Shown here one piece after another: positions 25,834 to 35,116 of a DNA stretch of 52,204 bases (position 1 is its first letter; the number at the start of each line of letters is the position of its first letter). This DNA is from an uncultured bacterium (GTDB lineage Bacteria; Acidobacteriota; Thermoanaerobaculia; Thermoanaerobaculales; Sulfomarinibacteraceae): NCBI GenBank assembly GCA_965533305.1, contig CBESWV010000002.1, positions 1-52,204 on the forward strand. The letters are read 5' to 3'. Below the pieces are notes generated by a model. That model saw only the letters and a program-made list of their open reading frames with translations. It did no database searches and was not told the DNA's origin. A program made the translations under genes and the position numbers.

Positions 25834-27958
25834 ACCGCCGAAGGGGATTCTCGTGCGGGGAATTCTGCTGTCGATGGCTTTGCTGCTTGTCGTCCCAGGC
25901 GCCGATGCGCTGGATCCGCCGCACGACGCCTCGTGGGCCATAGACTGCTCGAGTTGTCACACGACTCACAGTGCGTCCGGCGGTGGACTCACGACCGTGG
26001 GAGGCAACGGCAATCTGTGTCTGAGCTGTCACGTCTTCGGCGGTCTCGCCGCGGGGCTTCCTTTCGTCGATGCCGATCAGGCGTTGCCGGGCCCCGGTCT
26101 GCCTTCGGGTACCAGCCCGTCGGGAAATTCTCACCGATGGGACGCCGGCGCCGCCGGCCACGTCAAGCCCGATGGCGGCAACACGTCGGTGGGCGAGGTC
26201 GCTCCGGGCGGCCTATTCGTTGGGAAATTTCCAAAGACCTACACGGTGACAATGACCTCTTCCGGGGATGTCGGTGCGGCCGTCTTCTCGTGGAACGACA
26301 CCCTGGCGGGCGGAGGCGCCGGATTGACCACCGGCGCCGATGTGCTCCTCGACGAGGGTGTCATGGTGACGTTCACCAACGCCGAGGCTTCGCCGTCTTT
26401 CGTGGCTGGGGACGTGTGGCGGATCTATGTTCGGGCCGATTTGAGGCATCCGCAAACGGCGGCCATGTCGAGCCGTCTCGAGGACGGCCGAGCCATGTGT
26501 TCGACCTGCCACGACCAGCACAAGCAGGCGAGAGAGCCCTTCGATGCCACGGCGCCGCCATACGGTGGAGCTGGGACCGGTGAAGGACGCCACTTCATGC
26601 GGATCGACGACGACGAGGGCGCCAGCTGCAACGACTGCCACGGATTCAGGGATGTGACGGTCTCCATTGATGGATCGCACCCGGTTGGCCGAAGTGTTCC
26701 CGGCTCGGGAGGCTACCAGCAGCCTACGACGCTGCCGCTGGATCCCATGAACTGGATGGTGTGCATGACCTGTCACCAGGTCCATGACGCACCCACGAGC
26801 GATGGGTCGCTGCTGCGCAGAGTGGATCGAACGGGTCTGTGCACCGAGTGTCACACTCTCGCCGACACCGCGACCCCCGCAGCCCATCTCGACCCGGCCT
26901 CCACCGGGGCACTCTGGCCCGGCGGACAATATGGATCGACCTTCCCGGCCATCACGGACGTATCCCAGACCGCGAGCTGTTCCGGTTGCCATCAGGCGCA
27001 CGGCTGGCCCGACACCAACGATGTCGATCGGGATTACCCCCGGCTCCAGATCGATCTCGAAGAAGACCTGTGTTTCACATGCCACGATGGGAGCCCGGCG
27101 AATGCCGACGTGCGGACCGACTTCCTCAAGAACTCGGCACACCCGTTGGATCTGGCATCCGAGGTTCACCAGCCGGGCGAGCCCGCCGTCGTGACCACCC
27201 GTCACGTCGAGTGCGAAGACTGCCATGGTCCGCATGACGCAGTGGCGAGAGTCAACCTTCCCGGCGCCACCACCTCGCCTCGACCGGCTTCGGGGCCGCT
27301 CGAAGGTGTTTCCGGCGTCAACCTGGCCGGCAACGAGGTGAGTCCCGCATCCTATGAGTACCAGCTCTGTCTTCGTTGTCACGCCGACAGCCCCAATCTG
27401 CCGTCGCCGTCCACGCCGCGCCAATTCCCCGAATCCAACCTCCGACTCGAATTCAACGGCTCGCTGGCGTCCTATCACCCGGTCGCGATGGAAGGAACGA
27501 ACTCCAGCGTGCCGAGTTTGACCACCGGGTGGGACGAAACCAGCCTGATGAGCTGCACCACATGCCACAACAACGACGACGGCCCGGTGACCGGCGGTTC
27601 GGGCGCCAACGGCCCGCACGGCTCGGACTGGCCGCATCTGCTCGAGCGTCGCTATGAGACCACGGACCCCCAACAGTTCAACCAGCAAAAATACGCCATG
27701 TGCTTCAAGTGCCACTCATGGCAGAACCTGGCTGGCGGCAACAGCTTCGACGACCACTCCAAACACGTCTCCGGCGAGCAGACGCCATGCAACGTCTGCC
27801 ACGACCCGCACGCTTCGGCTAACCCCAAACTCATCAACTTCGACACCTCGGTGGTGACGCCCTTCAACGGCACCCTCGAGTTCGTGTCATCGGGGACCCA
27901 CCAGGGTGAGTGCACGTTGACCTGTCACGGCGAGGAACACGACCCCTATACCTATTGA
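25808..27958 (+). CDS. Large multihaem c-type cytochrome (13 CxxCH + 1 CxxxCH)
   Basis: GGAG lies 6 nt before ATG 25808. The signal peptide ends ..LLLVVPGADA. There are 13 CxxCH motifs plus CTLTCH at 27911-27928. The N-terminus resembles the tetrahaem paralogs (CSSCHTTH, CLSCH). The C-terminal 136 aa are homologous to the end of the 23456-24586 protein. Confidence 0.9.
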   Translation: MPGLKLFRRPPKGILVRGILLSMALLLVVPGADALDPPHDASWAIDCSSCHTTHSASGGGLTTVGGNGNLCLSCHVFGGLAAGLPFVDADQALPGPGLPSGTSPSGNSHRWDAGAAGHVKPDGGNTSVGEVAPGGLFVGKFPKTYTVTMTSSGDVGAAVFSWNDTLAGGGAGLTTGADVLLDEGVMVTFTNAEASPSFVAGDVWRIYVRADLRHPQTAAMSSRLEDGRAMCSTCHDQHKQAREPFDATAPPYGGAGTGEGRHFMRIDDDEGASCNDCHGFRDVTVSIDGSHPVGRSVPGSGGYQQPTTLPLDPMNWMVCMTCHQVHDAPTSDGSLLRRVDRTGLCTECHTLADTATPAAHLDPASTGALWPGGQYGSTFPAITDVSQTASCSGCHQAHGWPDTNDVDRDYPRLQIDLEEDLCFTCHDGSPANADVRTDFLKNSAHPLDLASEVHQPGEPAVVTTRHVECEDCHGPHDAVARVNLPGATTSPRPASGPLEGVSGVNLAGNEVSPASYEYQLCLRCHADSPNLPSPSTPRQFPESNLRLEFNGSLASYHPVAMEGTNSSVPSLTTGWDETSLMSCTTCHNNDDGPVTGGSGANGPHGSDWPHLLERRYETTDPQQFNQQKYAMCFKCHSWQNLAGGNSFDDHSKHVSGEQTPCNVCHDPHASANPKLINFDTSVVTPFNGTLEFVSSGTHQGECTLTCHGEEHDPYTY

Positions 27959-28215
27959 ACCGTTCCGCGGTCCCCGGTCCGGACAACCCGGCCGGAAAGC
28001 AAGATCCGGGCGGGGGTCCTATCAGGATGCACTTCCGCTCCCCGTGGTGTCCCCCGGGTGGTGACCACGACGTCCGCGGTCACCGAGTCGTCGCGAGATG
28101 AATCCCGCGATCAGAGCCGACGCCGCGGCGCCGCCCGCGCCGACACAGGCGAAGCACGAGGTGCAATCGCAAGTCGGCGCGCCCCTCAACCCGGGCGGAT
28201 GGGAGGACGGTCTAT

Positions 28216-28995
28216 TTACTCTTCAGCAACGATCTCAGCATCCTTGAGCATGACCGCATAGGTATAGCCGGCGCCAAAATCCTGATTGGTGACCAGGGTG
28301 CCGGTGGCGGTCACAATGTCCCCGACAGAGGCGGTGCCGAGCGTGGTGACGGTGAGATCGTGCGATCCTTCAGCCGCCGAACCCGTGCCATCCTGGAGAT
28401 GGATCCAGTTCGTGCCCAGAATTCCGCCGTTGTACTTGACCACTCGTCCGCGGACGGTGATCGAGGTGTCAGCGAGTTTGGCGGTTTCGGACCAGATCTG
28501 CCCCACCGTCACACCGCCATCGGCAGGCTCGACCGGTTCCGTCGCCTGGCTGGACGCATCATGGGCGGAGACGGTTTCTCCGGCCACGGCTGGGTGACCC
28601 GCGGGCATGGAGGGCGAGGCTGTTTCGCCTTTGCGCATGATCTGCGAGGTGAAATAGACCACTGGGAAGGTACGGTCCAGGCTCTCACTGTGAAAATCCT
28701 GCATCGGCATTTCCAGGGGAACAACGACAACCTCGCCCACGGCCACGTCGAATCGTGTGGCCGCGGCCCAGATTTCTTCGCCTCCCGTATCGACGCGAAC
28801 ATAGGTGTAGTTCCCGGCGTTCATGGTCTCCACGACCGTGCCGGTCGCGGTGGCGCCGGCGGGGGCCATGCTCTGGGCCGCCTCGATATCGGTCTGGTTC
28901 TGGGAATTCTCGTCCTCGGGCTGTTCGGCGGTACACGCACCGACGACGCCGAGCGAGGCGGCCATCAATAGCGACATGGTGATTCGATAGGTCAT
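28216..28995 (-). CDS. Lipoprotein with OB-fold-like (tRNA_anti-type) repeats
   Basis: Lipobox SLGVVGAC. One module is GTVVETMNAGNYTYVRVDTGGEEIWAA. The second is ITVRGRVVKYNGGILGTNWIHLQDGTG...VGDIVTATGTLVTNQDFGAGYTYAVMLKDAEI. The fold assignment is from memory of similar annotated proteins. Confidence 0.65.
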   Translation of the reverse strand: MTYRITMSLLMAASLGVVGACTAEQPEDENSQNQTDIEAAQSMAPAGATATGTVVETMNAGNYTYVRVDTGGEEIWAAATRFDVAVGEVVVVPLEMPMQDFHSESLDRTFPVVYFTSQIMRKGETASPSMPAGHPAVAGETVSAHDASSQATEPVEPADGGVTVGQIWSETAKLADTSITVRGRVVKYNGGILGTNWIHLQDGTGSAAEGSHDLTVTTLGTASVGDIVTATGTLVTNQDFGAGYTYAVMLKDAEIVAEE

Positions 28996-29091
28996 ATTGG
29001 TTTCTCCTGTGTCTCCGTCAGCGTGGACGGTTGGGTGGCTTTTATCGATCCAAAACGACGTGGGACTCAGATCTCGAGCTCCTCGCCATGA

Positions 29092-30417
29092 CTATGACGG
29101 CAGATCCACTTTCGCCCTGCCGACACCGTAGTATTCGAACCCGTTGTCCGCCATGCGTTCGGGGCTGCAGACGTTGCGCAGATCCACGATGGCGTTGCCT
29201 GTGAGCGCCGACTTGATCCGGTCCATATCCAGGGAGCGGAACTGGTTCCACTCGGTGACGATGACCAGGGCGTCGGCGCCGGAGGCGGCGTCGTAGGAGT
29301 CTTCGCAATACTCCACCGATGCCGGGAGATAGGTCTTGGCGTTGTCCATGGCCACCGGATCGAAGGCGCGCACCTTGGCGCCCTCGTTGACCAGCGTCTC
29401 GGCGATGGGGATCGAGACGGACTCCCGCATATCGTCGGTCTCGGGTTTGAAAGAGAGACCGAGGAGGGCCACCGTTTTGCCGGCGAGGTTGTTACCGAGC
29501 GCAGCGCGGACCTTCTCCACCGCCCGGGCCTTCATCCGCTCGTTCACCGTCACGACGGTCTCGACGATGTCGAAGGGCCTCCCGGCTTCGCGGCCGATCT
29601 CGGCGAGGGCCAGGGTATCCTTCGGGAAGCACGACCCACCATAACCCGGTCCGGGGTGGAGGAACTTGGATCCGATCCTCTTGTCCAGCCCCATCCCCTT
29701 GGCGACGTGGTGGACATCGGCGCCGATGAGTTCACAGATTTCGGCAACTTCGTTGATAAAGGTGATCTTGGTGGCGAGGAAGGCGTTAGACGCGTACTTG
29801 ATGAGCTCCGACGACTCGACATTGGTGATGACGAATGGGGTGTCGCGGAGAAAAAGCGGCGAGTAGATGTCCTTCATGATGGCGATGGCCTGGTGGTCCC
29901 GGGCGCCGATCACCACCCGGTCGGGGCGCATGAAGTCTTCGATGGCCGAACCCTCACGAAGGAATTCGGGATTGGATACGACTGAAAAGGGTTGATTGCT
30001 CGTGGTGCGCCCTGAAATGGTCTTTTCGATGAGCTGACCGGTCCCGGTGGGCACCGTGGACTTGGTGATGACGACCTTGTAGCCGTCGAGGTTGTCGGCG
30101 ATGGACTCGGCGACCTGAATGACATACGACAGATCGGCCGAACCGTCCTTTTTGGGCGGGGTGCCGACGGCAATGAAGACCGCCAGTGCGCTTCTGATGG
30201 CCGGGTCGAGATCGGTGGTGAAGTGCAGACGTCCGGCCTTGGCGTTCTTCTCCACCAGTGCGTCGAGGCCGGGTTCGTAGATTGGCATCTCACCGCGCAG
30301 CAGCATGTCGATCTTCCGTTCGTCCTTGTCGACACACGTCACGTTGATGCCGAAATCGGCCAAGCACGCTCCGGTGACCAGTCCCACATAGCCCGTACCT
30401 ACCACGCAGATGTGCAT
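29092..30417 (-). CDS. ugd: UDP-glucose 6-dehydrogenase
   Basis: MHICVVGTGYVGLVTGACLA Rossmann start, the catalytic GGSCFPKD motif, and full-length similarity to UDP-glucose/GDP-mannose dehydrogenases. Confidence 0.95.
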   Translation of the reverse strand: MHICVVGTGYVGLVTGACLADFGINVTCVDKDERKIDMLLRGEMPIYEPGLDALVEKNAKAGRLHFTTDLDPAIRSALAVFIAVGTPPKKDGSADLSYVIQVAESIADNLDGYKVVITKSTVPTGTGQLIEKTISGRTTSNQPFSVVSNPEFLREGSAIEDFMRPDRVVIGARDHQAIAIMKDIYSPLFLRDTPFVITNVESSELIKYASNAFLATKITFINEVAEICELIGADVHHVAKGMGLDKRIGSKFLHPGPGYGGSCFPKDTLALAEIGREAGRPFDIVETVVTVNERMKARAVEKVRAALGNNLAGKTVALLGLSFKPETDDMRESVSIPIAETLVNEGAKVRAFDPVAMDNAKTYLPASVEYCEDSYDAASGADALVIVTEWNQFRSLDMDRIKSALTGNAIVDLRNVCSPERMADNGFEYYGVGRAKVDLPS

Positions 30418-30528
30418 CGAAACCTCCTCACACGTAGGGTCGAGATTCTAACAGAGTGAGACGCAATCCGGCCGGTTTCGTGTACCCTGTCGGGGCCGGC
30501 TCGATGGTCGGCTCGTCATTGCGAACTT

Positions 30529-30711
30529 GGAGTGTGTAGTGAATAGATGGCGGATGGATTTCGGTGAGTCGTTTGAGGCCATTTTGGGGCGAATTCGCAG
30601 GCTCATACTGGTGGTATGGGTCAAGGATTCACCATGAAATGGGCCAAACGACACCCGAAAGGCGCCGCCGATTCTATGCACTACACACTCCTTGGCCCAA
30701 GGAGTCCCGCC
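30529..30711 (+). promoter_or_regulatory. Conserved ~180-nt leader element, copy B (upstream of the DegT-type aminotransferase operon)
   Basis: Homologous to 11971-12148. The identical blocks lie at 30546-30564 and 30660-30675, again 114 nt apart. A long-range helix pairs 30559-30580 with 30642-30660. The element ends at SD AAGGAG and ATG 30712. Confidence 0.55.
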
Positions 30712-31821
30712 ATGCCCATTCCGCTGCTCGATCTCAAACGCCAGTACGAACCCCTGCGCGACGAAATGGAACGAACCCTCAACGAGGTCGCTGCGAGCCA
30801 GTACTTCATCCTCGGACCCGAGGTTGAGAAATTCGAAAAGTCCGCCGCCACGTGGCTCGGAGTCGAGCACGCCATCGGCGTGGCGTCGGGAACCGACGCG
30901 CTTCTGATCGCTCTCATGGCCCTCGATGTCGGACCCGGTGACGAGGTCATCCTGCCGACCTTCACCTTCTTCGCCACCGCCGGGGTGGTTTCCCGTCTGG
31001 GTGCGACACCGGTCTTTGTCGACATCGACCCAGTTGACTTCAACATGGATCCCGCCCTGGTGCGCGAGAAGGTCTCGGATCGCACCAAGGCGATCATCCC
31101 GGTTCACCTCTTCGGGCAGTCGGCCGATCTCGAAGCGATCCGCGAAGCCGCCGGCGATGTTCCGATCCTCGAGGATTGCGCCCAGGCATGGGGCGCCGAC
31201 TTCGGCGGCCGTTATGTCGGTGGCCACGGCATCATGGGTGCCTTCAGCTTCTTTCCGTCAAAGAACCTCGGTGGATTCGGTGATGGCGGGATGGTGACGA
31301 CCAACGATGCCGAGATGGCCGCCAAACTGAGGGAACTCCGCGTCCACGGCCAGTCCGGGCCGTATCTCCACCCGATCGTCGGTGGGAACTTCCGGCTCGA
31401 CGCCATCCAGGCGGCTGTGCTCCGGGTCAAGATGCCCCATGTCCAGGGTTGGGTCCAGGGGCGCCGCGCCAACTCCATGCGGTATGTCGATGCCTTCACC
31501 CAGAGGGATCTGGACAAGGTCCTCGGTCTGCCGCTCGCTCTGTCGGGCCGAGGCCACACCTATAATCAGTTCGTGATCCGTGCGCCGCGTCGTGACGAGC
31601 TGAAGCAGCACCTCCTGGATCGCGAGATCGGGTGTGCGGTCTACTACCCCCTGTGTCTCCACCTCCAGCCGTGTTTCAGCGATCTCGGTTACGCGGAAGG
31701 CGACTGTCCAGTGGCGGAGCAGGCGAGTGCCGAGGTTTTGGCGCTGCCGGTCTTCGGCGAGCTCACGGAAGGGGAGATCGAAGAAGTCGTGGGCGCGATT
31801 GCGGAGTTCTACACGGTTTGA
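30712..31821 (+). CDS. DegT/DnrJ/EryC1/StrS-family PLP-dependent sugar aminotransferase
   Basis: MPIPLLDLKRQYEPLRDEM start and the PLP-lysine region FSFFPSKNLGGFGDGGMV. ATG 30712 follows SD AAGGAG. The ORF-track start at 30616 lies inside the leader element. Confidence 0.9.
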   Translation: MPIPLLDLKRQYEPLRDEMERTLNEVAASQYFILGPEVEKFEKSAATWLGVEHAIGVASGTDALLIALMALDVGPGDEVILPTFTFFATAGVVSRLGATPVFVDIDPVDFNMDPALVREKVSDRTKAIIPVHLFGQSADLEAIREAAGDVPILEDCAQAWGADFGGRYVGGHGIMGAFSFFPSKNLGGFGDGGMVTTNDAEMAAKLRELRVHGQSGPYLHPIVGGNFRLDAIQAAVLRVKMPHVQGWVQGRRANSMRYVDAFTQRDLDKVLGLPLALSGRGHTYNQFVIRAPRRDELKQHLLDREIGCAVYYPLCLHLQPCFSDLGYAEGDCPVAEQASAEVLALPVFGELTEGEIEEVVGAIAEFYTV

Positions 31822-31828
31822 TCGATTC

Positions 31829-33004
31829 ATGAAGCTGCTGCTGGTCTCGAGCCGATTTCCCTGGCCGCCGTGGCGGGGGAATCAGCTTCGGACGATCCAG
31901 TGGCTCGACGCGCTTGCGGACCACGAGCGCCTCCTCATCTGTCCGCCGCCCGCCGATGTCACCGAGCCGCCCGGCGGGGGTGCTGAAATCCGCTTCCTTC
32001 CCGGAGTAGGGGTCGCGAGCGCGATCGGCGTCGGCGCCGCCGTTTTCACCGGTCGGCCGGCCCAGGAGGGACTCTACGCTTCGCCTGCCGGGAAAGAAAT
32101 TGTGGCTGAGGCTGTGCGTCACTGGCAGCCCGATGTGGCGGTGGTTCAGATGGTCCGCAGCGGCTGGGCCGCGGATGCGATCAGGCAGGCCGATCCCGGC
32201 CTTCCGATGATCTTCGACGCCATCGATTGCATGGCTCTCCACTACCTCAGAGCGGCCGCGTCGGCGGGCGGGCTGATCCGGTCGGCATACCGCTGGGAAG
32301 CCGAGCGCTGTCGTCGTCGTGAATCGGAGTTGGTCGCCACCGCTTTCAGCACCGCCGTGAGCGGAAGGGATTTGCGGGCTCTTGGGGCTGGCGCTCATGG
32401 GATGGTCGTTGCGGTCGCTGCAGGGGCGGAGGTCACGCACGCCGATCCGTCGTCCGCCGAGCCCATCGTTCTCCTCTCCGGGAATCTGGGGTATCGGCCG
32501 ACCGTCCGCTCGGCCCTGTGGTTTGCCGATCGCATATGGCCGAGGATTCGTGACCGTACGCCCGCGGCGAGGTTGATTCTCGCGGGTGCCCGCCCCGCCC
32601 CGGCCGTCCATCGGCTCGCATCGGAGCCGGGGATCGAGGTCTTCGGCGATGTCGATGATCTCGGGACCTTCCTGGCCCGAGCGAGGGTGGCTATCGCCCC
32701 CATGGCCAGTGGTTCGGGAGTCCCCATCAAGATTCTCGAAGCCCTGGCTGCGGGAATTCCGGTCATCGCCGATCCCTGGTCGGCGGATGGACTCGAAGAT
32801 CCGTCGGCGGTGATTGTGGCCGACACCGATGCGGCGTGGGTGGAGAACCTGTCCCGCCTGCTTGATGATCCGCATGCGGCGCGACACCAGGCCGCCCGGG
32901 GAACCGAGGTCTGGCGATCACACTATGCGCCGGAGAGGGTTGCGGCTCAGATTCGTGAAGCCGTCGACGCATCGGTTTCGCGAGTCCGGCAAACACTCCC
33001 ATGA
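31829..33004 (+). CDS. GT-B fold glycosyltransferase (family 1/4-like)
   Basis: MKLLLVSSRFPWPPWRGNQLRTIQWL start, and the C-terminal GT-B motif APMASGSGVPIKILEALAAGIPVIA. ATG 31829 is 8 nt after the upstream stop. Confidence 0.85.
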   Translation: MKLLLVSSRFPWPPWRGNQLRTIQWLDALADHERLLICPPPADVTEPPGGGAEIRFLPGVGVASAIGVGAAVFTGRPAQEGLYASPAGKEIVAEAVRHWQPDVAVVQMVRSGWAADAIRQADPGLPMIFDAIDCMALHYLRAAASAGGLIRSAYRWEAERCRRRESELVATAFSTAVSGRDLRALGAGAHGMVVAVAAGAEVTHADPSSAEPIVLLSGNLGYRPTVRSALWFADRIWPRIRDRTPAARLILAGARPAPAVHRLASEPGIEVFGDVDDLGTFLARARVAIAPMASGSGVPIKILEALAAGIPVIADPWSADGLEDPSAVIVADTDAAWVENLSRLLDDPHAARHQAARGTEVWRSHYAPERVAAQIREAVDASVSRVRQTLP

Positions 33005-33022
33005 CATCACGCACACTCAGCG

Positions 33023-34336
33023 ATGATTGAGTTTCTCAGTCTTTTTGTCGGTCTGGTCATCGGCGTTCACAAGGTCGATGTGACGGTTTCCGGGCCGGTC
33101 GCGCGGGTTGAGTTCCGCCTCGATGGCGAGGTCGTGGCCGAGGTCGAGGGCACACCATGGGTGACTCAGGTCGATTTTGGTCGGAAGCTCCTTCCGGTGG
33201 AATTCGAGGCTGTGGCGTTTGATGCCGGCGGTCTCGAGGTCGGCAGGGACCGTCAGCTGCTCAATCTTCCGGGTCAACGGGCGGAGGCCGAGATCGTTGC
33301 CATCCGGGATGATTCGGGCGCCGTCACCGCGGCTCGGCTGACATGGACAAGTCCCGAGTTCGGGAAGCCCAGAAAAACCAGGATCGAACTCGATGGTCGC
33401 GAACTCAAAGTGCGGCCCCCGTATCGCATCGATCTCACCGGCATTCCGGAACAAAGGGTCCATGTCCTGACCGCCGATTTCGAGTTCTCTTCCGATCTCG
33501 TCATCCGACGCGAGCTCGTCTTCGGCCCCGAGTTCGAGGGTCAGCACGACTCGGGGCTCACCGCGATCACAGTGGTCCTCGACGACCTCGATGAGCTGCC
33601 GTCCATCGAGGTGATGGATGGTTGGTTTGTCAAAGCCGGATCCGATCTCAGGGTGGCAGCGGTCGAGAAACCCGGCGCGCGGGTTGTTCTTGTGCGGGAT
33701 CCGACCGTCGTCCATCGATTGGCGGCCATGGAACCGGAACTCGAACAACGCCGCAAGAAAGCGCGCCGAGATTCATCGAAGCGGCGCTCTCTCGATGCCT
33801 TTGACGATGACGTGGAACTACTGACCCTGTCGCCGGAGCCCGTGGTCTCCGACGAGGAGTCGGCTGCGACCTTGCTCTTTCCGTTCTCCGCCAAACCGAA
33901 TCCGGGCTCGGAGGGAATCGTGGCCGGAACCATCGGAACATCCCCTGCGTCCCTCCTTGCAGGTCCGTTGATGTTGTCCGATGCCGTTGCCGTGGCCGGA
34001 CTTCGTGCCGCCGAGGGCAATGGACGGCGCGCTGTGATTCTTCTGCTCGGGCAGGAGCGTGAGGACGGGAGCCGGTTTTCGGTCGAGGCCGCTCGGAGGT
34101 ATCTCAGCGCCCTCAGGGTGCCGCTCGTTGTCTGGGACCTCTCCGGTCCGGCCAAAGATGTTCCGCTGGGTTGGGGCGATTCTCGTCCGGTGGACAACGT
34201 TGACGATCTCGTGCGTGCGGTGCGCCGGGTGCGTTACCAACTCGATGAACAACGGATCATCTGGGTCAACGGACGCCATCTGCCGCAGGAGATAGAGCTG
34301 TCGGAAAAGGCGAAAGGTATCAGCCTCGCACGGTGA
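33023..34336 (+). CDS. Hypothetical protein with N-terminal membrane anchor
   Basis: The anchor is MIEFLSLFVGLVIGV. An Ig-like beta region follows, then a C-terminal alpha/beta-looking part (RRAVILLLGQEREDGSRFSVEAARRYLSALRVPLVVWDL) that may be VWA-like. There is no firm family assignment. Confidence 0.6.
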   Translation: MIEFLSLFVGLVIGVHKVDVTVSGPVARVEFRLDGEVVAEVEGTPWVTQVDFGRKLLPVEFEAVAFDAGGLEVGRDRQLLNLPGQRAEAEIVAIRDDSGAVTAARLTWTSPEFGKPRKTRIELDGRELKVRPPYRIDLTGIPEQRVHVLTADFEFSSDLVIRRELVFGPEFEGQHDSGLTAITVVLDDLDELPSIEVMDGWFVKAGSDLRVAAVEKPGARVVLVRDPTVVHRLAAMEPELEQRRKKARRDSSKRRSLDAFDDDVELLTLSPEPVVSDEESAATLLFPFSAKPNPGSEGIVAGTIGTSPASLLAGPLMLSDAVAVAGLRAAEGNGRRAVILLLGQEREDGSRFSVEAARRYLSALRVPLVVWDLSGPAKDVPLGWGDSRPVDNVDDLVRAVRRVRYQLDEQRIIWVNGRHLPQEIELSEKAKGISLAR

Positions 34337-34347
34337 TATCCGTGTGG

Positions 34348-34971
34348 TTAGCCGAAGAGTTCGAGCACCTCGATGTCGCCCTTGCCTTCCCGGACGAGAA
34401 CGGGCTCGCTTCCCGAGAGATCGATCACCGTGGAGGGCTGAGCCACCAGGGGGCCGCCGTCGACCACGACATCGACCCGGTCATCGAGGGTCGACTCGAC
34501 CTCGACCGGTTCGATGACCCAGTCGTCGTCCGGGGTGCGGACCGACGTCGTCAGGAGTGGTTCGTCCAGTGCTTCGAGCAGGGCCAAGGTGATGGGGTGA
34601 TCCGGCATCCGAATACCGATGGTGCGCCGTTTTCGGAGCATGATCTTGGGCACCTCGGAAGTCGCCTCGAAGATAAAAGTGTAGGGTCCTGGCAGGACCC
34701 GTTTCAACAACCTGAAATACGGGGTGGTGACGCCGCGCGCATACTCACCCACGGTGGTCATGTCGCCGACCAGGATGGCCAGCGGTTTCTTCGGGTCCAT
34801 ATCTTTGAGAGCGTAGATCCTCTTGATGGCTTTGTGTTGGCTGATACCGCAGGCGAGACCATAGACGGTATCGGTGGGGATGATGGCAACGCCACCCTTG
34901 CGCAGCACATCTGCGGCGCGGGCAACGAGCCAGGGCTCGGTATCGGTGGGGTCGATTTCGATGATCACCAT
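34348..34971 (-). CDS. tsaC: L-threonylcarbamoyladenylate synthase (YrdC/Sua5 domain)
   Basis: GGVAIIPTDTVYGLACG...PGPYTFI...RMPDHPITLALL...STVIDL motifs. ATG 34971 gives 207 aa. The ORF-track extension to 35454 is unsupported. Confidence 0.9.
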   Translation of the reverse strand: MVIIEIDPTDTEPWLVARAADVLRKGGVAIIPTDTVYGLACGISQHKAIKRIYALKDMDPKKPLAILVGDMTTVGEYARGVTTPYFRLLKRVLPGPYTFIFEATSEVPKIMLRKRRTIGIRMPDHPITLALLEALDEPLLTTSVRTPDDDWVIEPVEVESTLDDRVDVVVDGGPLVAQPSTVIDLSGSEPVLVREGKGDIEVLELFG

Positions 34972-35116
34972 AGACTCCGGATCTCGTGTATAGCCCGGGA
35001 TCGCCGTGCCGTCAACTCGTCGAGCGGCGGCGCAGCCCCCGGGATGCCGCGCTACAATGACCGCCACTGCCGCAATGCGGCGAGTATTGCAGCTAAAACC
35101 AAACGGGAGGCGCGGC

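Noticed and set aside
26213-27715. 500-aa ORF antisense to the 14-haem cytochrome gene
   Set aside because: The plus-strand frame carries 13 CxxCH motifs and a signal peptide. The antisense translation is Arg/Gly-rich with no motifs.
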